DNA of 64,000 nucleotides from Candidatus Latescibacterota bacterium (GTDB lineage Bacteria > Latescibacterota > UBA2968), in assembly GCA_965204375.1 (NCBI GenBank), contig OZ241986.1, forward strand, positions 5,504,001-5,568,000, written 5' to 3'. Below are positions 56,449-64,000 of the stretch, piece by piece; within the stretch, counting starts at the first letter, position 1; each line of letters begins with the position of its first letter. The notes beneath the pieces are model-generated. The model did not search any database, had not been told where the DNA came from, and saw only the letters and a program-made list of their open reading frames with translations. Both the position numbers and the translations under genes were made by a program.

Positions 56449-57681
56449 ATGAGGTGGTTTTTAGTTGTTCTGCTTTTTGCAACAGATGCGCTGGCAAATC
56501 AAGCAGTTATTACGACGACGGATTATAGCAGTGGTAGTTTTTCGAGTTTAGATCTCAGTACAAATACGGCAACAAACGATCATTTGACTATTCATTCAGA
56601 TGCAGTGGTGAGGACGTATCGGGATAAGGTGTATGTTATCAATCGGCTGGGACAGGATAATGTGATTGTTTTGAATCGCAGTGATCTGAAGACGCCTTTG
56701 ACGCAGTATTCGACGGGTAATGGTTCAAATCCGCACGATATGGCTTTTGTCAGTGAGGAGAAAGCGTATATTTCGCGGTATGAGCAGACGCAATTGCTGA
56801 TTGTAAATCCCGTTACGGGTGATTCATTGGGTGCGGTAGAATTATCGGCATTTGCAGATGCAGATGGTTTGCCCGAAATATCTCAGCTCGCGTTGTACGA
56901 CAATCATTTGTTTGTTGCGTGTCAACGGCTGGATCGAGATAATGGATGGGTGCCGACGGACTTTTCAGTGATTGCGGTTGTTGATGTGATGACGGATGAG
57001 GTGGTGGATGTGGATGCAAATACAGCCGGGGTGCAGGGGGTTGTGATGGCGGGTAAGAATCCCGCGGGTGCGGTGCAGCGAGGGAATAAGTGGTTTTTGA
57101 GCGCGGTTAATACGTTTGGTGATTTGACGGATGGCGGGATTGAGGTGATTGATCTGGCAAATTTGAGGAGCGAAGGCGTTGTTCTTGGTGAGGAGATTTT
57201 GGGTGGCAATCTGAGTTCTCTGGCGATGGTTTCCGATGATGAGGGGTATGTCGTTGTTTTAGATGCGAGTTTTGCCAATATCGTCAAACGATTCGGTTTG
57301 GGGATGCAGTCTGTATCGTCGGGTTTGAGTGGTCTTTCAGGCGGATTTGTTCCGAGTGTGGGAGTATTTGGAGGAAGGTTATACGTTTTGGATCAAGGAA
57401 GTTTTGTGGATCCGACATCGGCGGGGGTGCGGGTTTATGATGTGAAGACGGATGAGCTGGTTGCTGGTCCGATTAATACGGGACTGCCGCCTTCGGGTAT
57501 TGCGTTTGTGGGCAGTGTGGCTGATTTTAATGGCGATTGTGTGGTTGATTTTAGCGATTTTCTGGCTTTTGCTTCCGCGTTTGGGAAATCAGCGAGTGAT
57601 GCTATGTTCGATTTGGATGGCAACGGTTCGATTGATTTTCCCGATTTTCTGATTTTTGTTTCGGAATTTGAAGGTGAATAA
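56449..57681 (+). CDS. Secreted YncE-like beta-propeller with C-terminal EF-hand/dockerin-like domain
   Basis: Signal peptide; YVINR, SNPHD, KAYISRY repeats; DFNGDCVVDFSDF...DLDGNGSIDFPDF. Confidence 0.75.
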   Translation: MRWFLVVLLFATDALANQAVITTTDYSSGSFSSLDLSTNTATNDHLTIHSDAVVRTYRDKVYVINRLGQDNVIVLNRSDLKTPLTQYSTGNGSNPHDMAFVSEEKAYISRYEQTQLLIVNPVTGDSLGAVELSAFADADGLPEISQLALYDNHLFVACQRLDRDNGWVPTDFSVIAVVDVMTDEVVDVDANTAGVQGVVMAGKNPAGAVQRGNKWFLSAVNTFGDLTDGGIEVIDLANLRSEGVVLGEEILGGNLSSLAMVSDDEGYVVVLDASFANIVKRFGLGMQSVSSGLSGLSGGFVPSVGVFGGRLYVLDQGSFVDPTSAGVRVYDVKTDELVAGPINTGLPPSGIAFVGSVADFNGDCVVDFSDFLAFASAFGKSASDAMFDLDGNGSIDFPDFLIFVSEFEGE

Positions 57682-57747
57682 ATAAAAAGTCTTTATCCGC
57701 GTTCATCCGTTCATCCGCGTAATCCGCGATCCAAAAGAGAGGTTGCT

Positions 57748-58299
57748 ATGAGTACCAAACAACGCAAGCGGCATGTGAAAAAGGGTCTGGTGATGGTCAA
57801 TACCGGAGATGGCAAGGGCAAGACCACGGCGGCACTGGGGGTGATGACCCGCGCATGGGGGCGCAAGATGCGTGTGGGCGTGATTCAGTTTTTGAAGCAC
57901 GAGAATGCCAATTTTGGCGAGATTCGCGCGGCCAGACGCATGGAGATTGATTGGATCGGTACGGGCGATGGATGGACGTGGACGAGTAAGGATATCGATG
58001 AGACACAGGCTCGGGCATTGCGCGGTTGGGAAGTGGCGCAGGAGCGGATTGTTAGCGGGAATTACGATCTGTTTATTCTGGATGAGTTTACGTATTTGAT
58101 GGCTTTTGGCTGGTTGGATGCAACAGAGGTGGTGAGTTGGCTGCGGGAGCATAAGCCCGAGATGTTGCATGTGATTATTACGGGGCGAGATGCGCCAGAC
58201 GCGCTGGTTGATTTTGCCGATATGGTGACGGAGATGCGGGAGATTAAGCATCCGTTTAGTGATCAGGGTATTGTGGCTCAACCCGGGATTGATTTTTGA
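57748..58299 (+). CDS. cobO: Cob(I)yrinic acid a,c-diamide adenosyltransferase (CobO/BtuR)
   Basis: [29 protein letters not shown]. Confidence 0.92.
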   Translation: MSTKQRKRHVKKGLVMVNTGDGKGKTTAALGVMTRAWGRKMRVGVIQFLKHENANFGEIRAARRMEIDWIGTGDGWTWTSKDIDETQARALRGWEVAQERIVSGNYDLFILDEFTYLMAFGWLDATEVVSWLREHKPEMLHVIITGRDAPDALVDFADMVTEMREIKHPFSDQGIVAQPGIDF

Positions 58300-58300
58300 G

Positions 58301-59419
58301 ATGGATGAGTTTGTCGATCAGCATGAGTATTACGATTTGAAGCGCGATGGGCGTTTTTTGATCGCGGAATTGCTGGCGCCGCATCAGGTGCTGAGTACGT
58401 CGGCATATCGCGGTGGCATGTGCGAGCGTATCCGATATCTGGTGAATCACCAGAGTTGTGAGGGCAATGGACACGATGCGCGTTTTGCGTTGATTGTGCA
58501 ACTGGGTGAGGTGGGGTATCATCGCCATGTATGCGGAGAGCGCGGCCTGTCGCCGGACGCGGTTGCGCTGATGGGTACGGCTGCGAATATGAATTATGCG
58601 ACTCGCGTTGTGGATACGCATGCCGAGTTGCGCGTGTGTGCGGTTGTTACCGCAGGTGTTGAGGGCAATGCGGGGTGTGCGGGCGATGGGGCGAGTTGGC
58701 ACGAAGAGGATGCGGGATGGCGCCATATCCATGAGGGGACGATCAATGCTATGGTGTTGATCAATTGGCCGCTTACGCCGGGGGCGATGGCGCGGGCAGT
58801 GGTGACGATGACCGAGGGAAAGTCTGCCGCGCTTCGAGATCTCGCTGTTTCGAGTCGCTATTCTCAGGATCTCGCAACGGGTACTGGTACAGATCAGTAC
58901 TGTATTGCCGCGCCTTTGGATAAGACACGAGTGCCCAAGACCAATGCGGGACATCACGCAAAATTGGGCGAGTTGATCGGCAAATCTATGCGCAGGGCTA
59001 CGCTGGAGGCGCTGCGATGGCAAAATGGTTTGGAGGCGTCGCATACGCGTAGCGTTTTTCATGCGTTGAAGCGGTTTGGGTTTAGAGAGGATCGATTTTT
59101 GTCGGCGATGGAGAAACGGCTCAAAGCGGGTGATTTTGCGTTGTTGCAGAAGAATCTCAAGTCTGTTGTTTACGAACCGCGCGTTTCGGCGGCGGCTTAT
59201 GGGTTTGCAGCGGTTTGGGATCGGGTACGGTATGGGACGCTTTCATATGCAATGGCCGATCCGGTGTTGCGACAACAGGCAGCGATACTGGCGACTTCGC
59301 TGGCGGCGAGACCGGATGTCTGGTTGTCGTGTTACGAGCAGTTGAGCGTGAATGAAAACGCATTTTTGGAGGTCGTTTACGATGCATTTGCGCTTGGATG
59401 GCGTTTGAAATGGACGTGA
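58301..59419 (+). CDS. cbiZ: Adenosylcobinamide amidohydrolase
   Basis: MGTAANM, TAGVEGNA, GTIN, TEGK, ATGTGTD, AGHH. Confidence 0.88.
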   Translation: MDEFVDQHEYYDLKRDGRFLIAELLAPHQVLSTSAYRGGMCERIRYLVNHQSCEGNGHDARFALIVQLGEVGYHRHVCGERGLSPDAVALMGTAANMNYATRVVDTHAELRVCAVVTAGVEGNAGCAGDGASWHEEDAGWRHIHEGTINAMVLINWPLTPGAMARAVVTMTEGKSAALRDLAVSSRYSQDLATGTGTDQYCIAAPLDKTRVPKTNAGHHAKLGELIGKSMRRATLEALRWQNGLEASHTRSVFHALKRFGFREDRFLSAMEKRLKAGDFALLQKNLKSVVYEPRVSAAAYGFAAVWDRVRYGTLSYAMADPVLRQQAAILATSLAARPDVWLSCYEQLSVNENAFLEVVYDAFALGWRLKWT

Positions 59420-60390
59420 CAATACTCGAGCCGGATCCGGTTTTGCTCCTTTGCGCGGTTGTTTTGGATGGTTTTTTTGGCGACCCGGTTTACGCGTTGC
59501 ATCCCATTCGTTTGATGGGTGCGACGCTGTCTTTTTTTGAGCGGATGCTTCGCGGTTTGCGTTTGGATGGTTATGCGGGAGGGTGTTTTCTGTTTTTATT
59601 GCTGTCTGCGTTTTGGGTGGGGGTTGTCTGTGCATTGGCTTTTGTGTTGCATTATGTCCAATCTGGGGTGGGTTGGATTTTTCAGGTTTTTGTTTTGTAC
59701 TCTATGCTTGCGCTCAAAGATTTGTGCAAGCACGGGTTGACGATTGATCGCGCTGCTGATTTGGAGCGTGCGCGAGAGGCGGCGTCTATGCTTGTGGGGC
59801 GCGATACGGATGTGATGGATTTTGCGGCTTGCAGGCGTGCGGGTATGGAGAGTTTGAGCGAGAATGCAGTAGATGGTTTTGTTTCGCCGATTTTTTGGTA
59901 CGCTATACTGGGGTTGCCGGGTGTTGTGCTTTTTAAGGTGGTCAGTACGATGGATTCCATGGTGGGGTTTAGGACGCCGCAATACCGCTATTTTGGATGG
60001 TGTGGGGCGCGGCTGGACGATGTGCTCAATTTTATTCCCGCGCGGTTGACGTATTTGGGGATGGTGCTGGTGGCGTTTTTTATGCCCGGATGTTCCGCCC
60101 GCAAGGCATTGCTTATCGGGTGGCGGCAACACGCGCTTGTTCCAGGACCAAATTCCGGGTGGAGCGAAGCTACAGCTGCAGGCGCTTTGCAGAGGCGATT
60201 GGTCGGTCCTGTTTGGCAGGGAGGAACGCAGGTTACAGATCTCTGGTTGGGCGATGCGGATGATCCCGAAGGCGGTCAACCCGGAGATATGCGCCGTATG
60301 TGTGTTTTTGTTATTGTCACCTGTTTGCTCGCGACAGGGCTGGCGGTTTTATATGTGTTCATGTCGCGTTCGCATTCATTGACTTTCTGA
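59410..60390 (+). CDS. cbiB: Adenosylcobinamide-phosphate synthase
   Basis: GDP..HP, LVGRDT, ESLSEN..DG, TMDSMVG, ARLDD..NFIPARL, PNSGW.EA. Confidence 0.92.
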   Translation: MDVTILEPDPVLLLCAVVLDGFFGDPVYALHPIRLMGATLSFFERMLRGLRLDGYAGGCFLFLLLSAFWVGVVCALAFVLHYVQSGVGWIFQVFVLYSMLALKDLCKHGLTIDRAADLERAREAASMLVGRDTDVMDFAACRRAGMESLSENAVDGFVSPIFWYAILGLPGVVLFKVVSTMDSMVGFRTPQYRYFGWCGARLDDVLNFIPARLTYLGMVLVAFFMPGCSARKALLIGWRQHALVPGPNSGWSEATAAGALQRRLVGPVWQGGTQVTDLWLGDADDPEGGQPGDMRRMCVFVIVTCLLATGLAVLYVFMSRSHSLTF

Positions 60391-60435
60391 GGTCAGTCCA
60401 CTATTTTTTAGTATGTTATTTTGAGGAGGATATAT

Positions 60436-60705
60436 ATGAAAACATATTTATTTAAGGCTGTCTTGGAGAAAGACAAGTGGCCCGATGAGCCGGATGCGAA
60501 AGCGGTCTGGAGAGCTTATGTTCCCGCATTGGAGCATAAAGGGGCTGCGAGTTGGGGATATACTGAGAAAGAGGCGTTAGAGAATTTAGAAAATGCCGTT
60601 GATCTTCTTGTTGCGTATCTGCTGGAGAATGGAGAAGAGATTCCTTCTGAACCATCATCACAGATTCAGGTTAGCGATGTTCCTCTGGTCACTGTAGCTA
60701 TCTAA
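60436..60705 (+). CDS. hicB: HicB-family antitoxin
   Basis: AYVPAL..AASWG.TEKEALENL...GEEIP; upstream TTGACT-17-TATTTT. Confidence 0.85.
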   Translation: MKTYLFKAVLEKDKWPDEPDAKAVWRAYVPALEHKGAASWGYTEKEALENLENAVDLLVAYLLENGEEIPSEPSSQIQVSDVPLVTVAI

Positions 60706-60706
60706 T

Positions 60707-60958
60707 ATGGCGATTGATTACAGCAGGCTTCGTTCGTTGACGGCGCGTAGATTGATACGGGCACTAAACAGAGACGGGTTTCGTGAATATAGAAGAAAAG
60801 GCGCGACCCGTTTTTTTGTTCACCCAGATGGTAGAATGACGACTATTCATCTCCACAATATGAATCAGACCTTTGCTGTCGGTACGCTCAAATCAATCAT
60901 TGAGAGACAAGTTCAGTGGGGTGAAACCGATCTTGAGCGTCTTGGACTTTTGAAATGA
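60707..60958 (+). CDS. hicA: HicA-family toxin
   Basis: LIRAL..DGF...RKG..HPDG..TIH..GTLKSII; the usual GSH reads GAT. Confidence 0.8.
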   Translation: MAIDYSRLRSLTARRLIRALNRDGFREYRRKGATRFFVHPDGRMTTIHLHNMNQTFAVGTLKSIIERQVQWGETDLERLGLLK

Positions 60959-60972
60959 TTTGACAGAGGTGC

Positions 60973-61968
60973 ATGGTGGCGATTCTTAAAACACAAAATC
61001 TCGCTGTGGGGTATAAACACGGTCGTCGTCCGCCTCGCGTTGTGGCGCGCGATATAGATGTGTCGCTCCATCGTGGTGAGTTTGTGTGTTTGCTGGGTCC
61101 CAATGGTGCGGGGAAATCTACGCTTATTCGCACGCTTGTGGGGATGCAGCCGCCGCTCGAGGGGCATGTTTATCTTATGGGTAGAGATATCGCGGATATG
61201 TCTGCTATAGAGGTTGCCCAGGTGATCAGCGTGGTGCTTACGGATCGCATGAGTGTGGGTATTATGGCTGTGCGCGATCTGGTCGGTCTGGGGCGATATC
61301 CCCATACGGATTGGATCGGACGCTTTACAGAGGAAGATGAACGGGTTGTTTCCTGGGCTATTCGGGCAGCCCGCGCAGAGGATCTGGCATATCGCAATGT
61401 GGCCGAACTCAGCGATGGCGAGCGTCAAAAGGTTATGATTGCACGCGCGCTGGCGCAGCAGCCCGATCTTATGATTCTGGATGAACCCACGGCGTTTCTC
61501 GATCTGCCCCGCCGCGCTGAAATTATGGCTTTGTTGCAAGATCTGGCTCATTCTACGGGTAAGGCGATTTTGCTTTCAACGCATGATTTGGATCTGGCAC
61601 TGCGCTGTGCAGACCGCATCTTTCTTTTGCCGTTTGAAGGCGCGTTACAGACTGGTGCGCCCGAGGATTTAATTCTCAATGGTGCATTTGAAGGTGCGTT
61701 TCAGAGTGATGGCGTGCGTTTTGATGCGGATACAGGTGCGTTTCAGCTCAATGCTCAACGCGGTTGCTCTGCGGTTGCTGTTTCTGGGGAAGGACGACGC
61801 GCTTATTGGACAAGGCGCGCACTGGAGAGGGCGGGGTTTCAAGTGGGAGATGCGGGAGCTGAGTGGTGTGTCGATATTCGAGAAGGGGATGCCTGGTGTG
61901 TTGAGTACGGTGGATTAATCCGGGAATACGATTCGATTGCCGATTTGATTGCGGGACTAAGGGGATGA
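60973..61968 (+). CDS. Cobalamin/iron-chelate ABC transporter ATPase
   Basis: GPNGAGKST, LSDGERQ, LDEPTAFLD, STHD. Confidence 0.92.
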   Translation: MVAILKTQNLAVGYKHGRRPPRVVARDIDVSLHRGEFVCLLGPNGAGKSTLIRTLVGMQPPLEGHVYLMGRDIADMSAIEVAQVISVVLTDRMSVGIMAVRDLVGLGRYPHTDWIGRFTEEDERVVSWAIRAARAEDLAYRNVAELSDGERQKVMIARALAQQPDLMILDEPTAFLDLPRRAEIMALLQDLAHSTGKAILLSTHDLDLALRCADRIFLLPFEGALQTGAPEDLILNGAFEGAFQSDGVRFDADTGAFQLNAQRGCSAVAVSGEGRRAYWTRRALERAGFQVGDAGAEWCVDIREGDAWCVEYGGLIREYDSIADLIAGLRG

Positions 61969-61972
61969 GAGA

Positions 61973-63049
61973 ATGGTCGGGATGGAGGCTCAATACAAGG
62001 ATGAAGCGCGGGAGGGTCCGCGGCATGCGGTTATTATGCTGGGGTTATTTTTCCTGCTTCTGATGGCGTTCGGTTTGAGTTTGTCGCTGGGGTCAGTTCA
62101 TATTCCGTTGGCGGGCTTGTTCGGCATTCTTACGGGCGGAGAAGTGTCTTCTCCTGCATGGGCGATTATTGTTCATTCGATTCGACTGCCAAAGGCGATT
62201 ACGGCTGTGCTGGCAGGCGTAGCGCTTTCTGTGAGTGGGTTGCAGATGCAAACGCTTTTTCGCAATCCGCTGGCAGATCCTTTTGTGCTGGGTATCAGTG
62301 CTGGCGCGAGTCTCGGCGTTGCGATTGTGGTGCTGACGGTGGGTTCGGTTGGTAGTGTGCTTATCGCCGGGTTGGGTTTCTTGGGGGATTTGGGTTTGGC
62401 GGTTGCGGCTATTATGGGTGCAGCCGCTGTGTTGGGGTGCGTACTGCTGGTTTCCCGCAGTGTGCAGAATGTGATGACGTTGCTGATTCTGGGGCTGATG
62501 TTCGGGTATGCGACGGGGGCTTTTGTCAGTATTTTGATTTATTTTAGCGTTCCCGAGCAGATACAGTCGTACATTTTGTGGACTTTTGGCAGTTTTGGCA
62601 GTGTGACCTGGCGACAAATGCCAGTGCTTATTTCTGCTATTTTTGTGGGTCTTTTGCTGGCGTTTTTGTGTATTAAACCGCTCAATGCGCTGTTGCTGGG
62701 AGAAAATTATGCGCGCAGTATGGGGCTGAATGTCAAGCGCATCCGTTTATGGATTTTGATCAGTGCGTCAATTCTGGCGGGCGCGACGACTGCTTTTTGC
62801 GGTCCGATTGCGTTTTTGGGGCTGGCTGTGCCGCATCTTTGTCGCAGTCTGTTGCATACGTCGGACCACCGCGTGCTTATGCCTGCGGTCACTTGCCTGG
62901 GGGCGACGCTGGCTCTGCTATCCGATCTGATTGCCCATCTGCCGGGTAGCCAATTTGTTTTGCCGCTGAATGCAGTGACGTCCCTGATTGGTGCTCCGAT
63001 TGTTATCTGGTTCGTTCTGCATCGTAGAAATTTGAGTCAGGCGTTTTAA
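61973..63049 (+). CDS. Cobalamin/iron-chelate ABC permease (BtuC/FecCD family)
   Basis: RLP, QTLFRNPLADP..GISAGA, LGE.YARSMG, GPIAFLGL.VPH. Confidence 0.92.
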   Translation: MVGMEAQYKDEAREGPRHAVIMLGLFFLLLMAFGLSLSLGSVHIPLAGLFGILTGGEVSSPAWAIIVHSIRLPKAITAVLAGVALSVSGLQMQTLFRNPLADPFVLGISAGASLGVAIVVLTVGSVGSVLIAGLGFLGDLGLAVAAIMGAAAVLGCVLLVSRSVQNVMTLLILGLMFGYATGAFVSILIYFSVPEQIQSYILWTFGSFGSVTWRQMPVLISAIFVGLLLAFLCIKPLNALLLGENYARSMGLNVKRIRLWILISASILAGATTAFCGPIAFLGLAVPHLCRSLLHTSDHRVLMPAVTCLGATLALLSDLIAHLPGSQFVLPLNAVTSLIGAPIVIWFVLHRRNLSQAF

Positions 63050-63163
63050 TTTTTTAATTATTGATGCTCTGCTCGAGGGTTTCCAGCCAGCGATAGCCGT
63101 AGGTTGGGATGTTGGATGACGGCGGGGTTGTGTTGTTGGTAAACATGTTGAATCGTTTAAGTC

Positions 63164-63194
63164 TTGACAACAATGTGAGAATTGATTATCATTT
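63164..63194 (+). promoter_or_regulatory. Sigma70 promoter TTGACA-17-TATCAT overlapped by a Fur-box-like operator
   Basis: tgagaattgattatcatt spans the spacer and -10; ATG lies 7 nt after the -10. Confidence 0.7.
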
Positions 63195-63198
63195 CTCC

Positions 63199-63600
63199 AT
63201 GCAAAGAACGAATCAACAGCAAAGAGCGAATCAACAGCAGACCGTCTTGCGAGCCCTTGGCGAGGCGGACGGCCCCCTATCCGCCAGAGAACTGTGGAGC
63301 CGCCTGATCGGAAGCGGAAAGAGTGTCGGTCTCGCCACGGTATACCGCGCGCTCCAACGGGGTGTTGAGGAAGGCACGCTGGAGGCGGTCGAGGTGTTGG
63401 GCCGCGGCGTTCGGTACGAGCCCAAGGGCCGCGAGCATCACCATCACTTTCTTTGCTCGACCTGCGACCACGCGTTCGACCTCTTCGGTTGCGTCGAGGG
63501 CCTCGATTCCCTGGTTCCAGACGGGTTTCAGATGACGGGACATGAGGTGGTGTTGCTCGGAACCTGTGATGCGTGTGGCAATGCGGAAGGAGGGTGCTGA
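63199..63600 (+). CDS. Fur-family metalloregulator
   Basis: GLATVYRAL, HHHHFLCSTC, C-terminal CDAC. Confidence 0.9.
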   Translation: MQRTNQQQRANQQQTVLRALGEADGPLSARELWSRLIGSGKSVGLATVYRALQRGVEEGTLEAVEVLGRGVRYEPKGREHHHHFLCSTCDHAFDLFGCVEGLDSLVPDGFQMTGHEVVLLGTCDACGNAEGGC

Positions 63601-64000
63601 TGCATCTAGCAGAAGGTGTGCTTCCGCTCAGCCAAGCCATCGCGTGGAGTGCCCTGGCCGGACCCACTGTCTTTTGGAGCCTTCGTGGAGAGCAACGAAC
63701 GCGACGCAACACACCGTCGTCCTCGGTCATCATGGCGGGCGCCACGAGCCTGCTCTTTGCCGGCACTCTGCTGCCGCTACCGGTCCCCGTCGTGGGCGCA
63801 ACCAGTCACATCTGTCTTACGCCGGTGCTCGCCCTGGTCGTCGGCGTCCGCCGCATCGTGTGGCCCACGTTCTTCGTTCTCTTGCTGCAGGCGGTCTTCT
63901 TCGCTCACGGTGGGCTCACGACGCTGGGGGTCAACATCCTGACGCTCGGACTGCTGGGGCCTCTGACGACCGTTGGGCTTTGGGCTTTGCTCCGGCGGCT
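63600..64000 (+). CDS. cbiM: CbiM/NikM ECF-type cobalt/nickel transporter S component (3'-truncated; absent from ORF track)
   Basis: My translation: MHLAEGVLP...ATSH...LLLQAVFFAHGGLTTLGVN; TGATG overlap with the Fur-family stop. Confidence 0.85.
   Translation, partial: MHLAEGVLPLSQAIAWSALAGPTVFWSLRGEQRTRRNTPSSSVIMAGATSLLFAGTLLPLPVPVVGATSHICLTPVLALVVGVRRIVWPTFFVLLLQAVFFAHGGLTTLGVNILTLGLLGPLTTVGLWALLRR

Noticed and set aside
57526-57681. Cellulosome dockerin
   Set aside because: No cohesin or CAZyme context; treated only as an EF-hand/dockerin-like tail.
63054-63146. 30-aa minus-strand ORF MFTNNTTPPSSNIPTYGYRWLETLEQSINN
   Set aside because: No RBS or recognisable motif; at most a junction remnant.
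63616-63942. 108-aa ORF from the ORF track
   Set aside because: Wrong frame; the real gene is cbiM starting at 63600 and running off the window.

Overview
Bacterial chromosomal window, mostly + strand, with no rRNA, tRNA or CRISPR seen. Gene content (five PhyH-family dioxygenases, a sulfatase, a SusC/SusD pair, a C-terminal DFNGD EF-hand/dockerin-like tail) suggests an FCB-group organism such as a Latescibacterota/Gemmatimonadota-like sponge symbiont; this is inference only. (1) 1-7.4 kb is a defence island: the 3' part of a type III-like adenine methyltransferase, an AT-rich orphan with an Rx4H (HEPN-like) motif, and a PARIS-like ABC ATPase + TOPRIM/DUF4435 pair whose second gene is split in frame by an IS1380 element (TTAA target duplication). 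Two antitoxin-like remnants are also present, and three copies of a ~32-bp promoter/inverted-repeat motif separate the modules. (2) 7.4-39.4 kb holds catabolic and transport genes. (3) 39.4-45.7 kb has cytochrome c, PCuAC and SCO lipoproteins, an orphan adenine methyltransferase, lgt, and an IS4-like element inserted exactly at the cysS start codon (ATGGAT duplication). (4) 45.8-48.2 kb is a small island of four orphan ORFs containing a degenerate duplicate of the hemB 5' end. (5) 48.2-52.8 kb has hemB, sufE-like, uxuA-like, folE2, yidD, hinT, rpmG and rpmB. (6) 52.8-63.0 kb is a cobalamin-riboswitch-controlled uptake/salvage operon (BtuF/BtuB-like, beta-propeller, cobO, cbiZ, cbiB, ABC ATPase and permease) with hicBA inserted. 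(7) From 63.2 kb there is a GC-rich, apparently leaderless Fur-family gene coupled to a partial cbiM.
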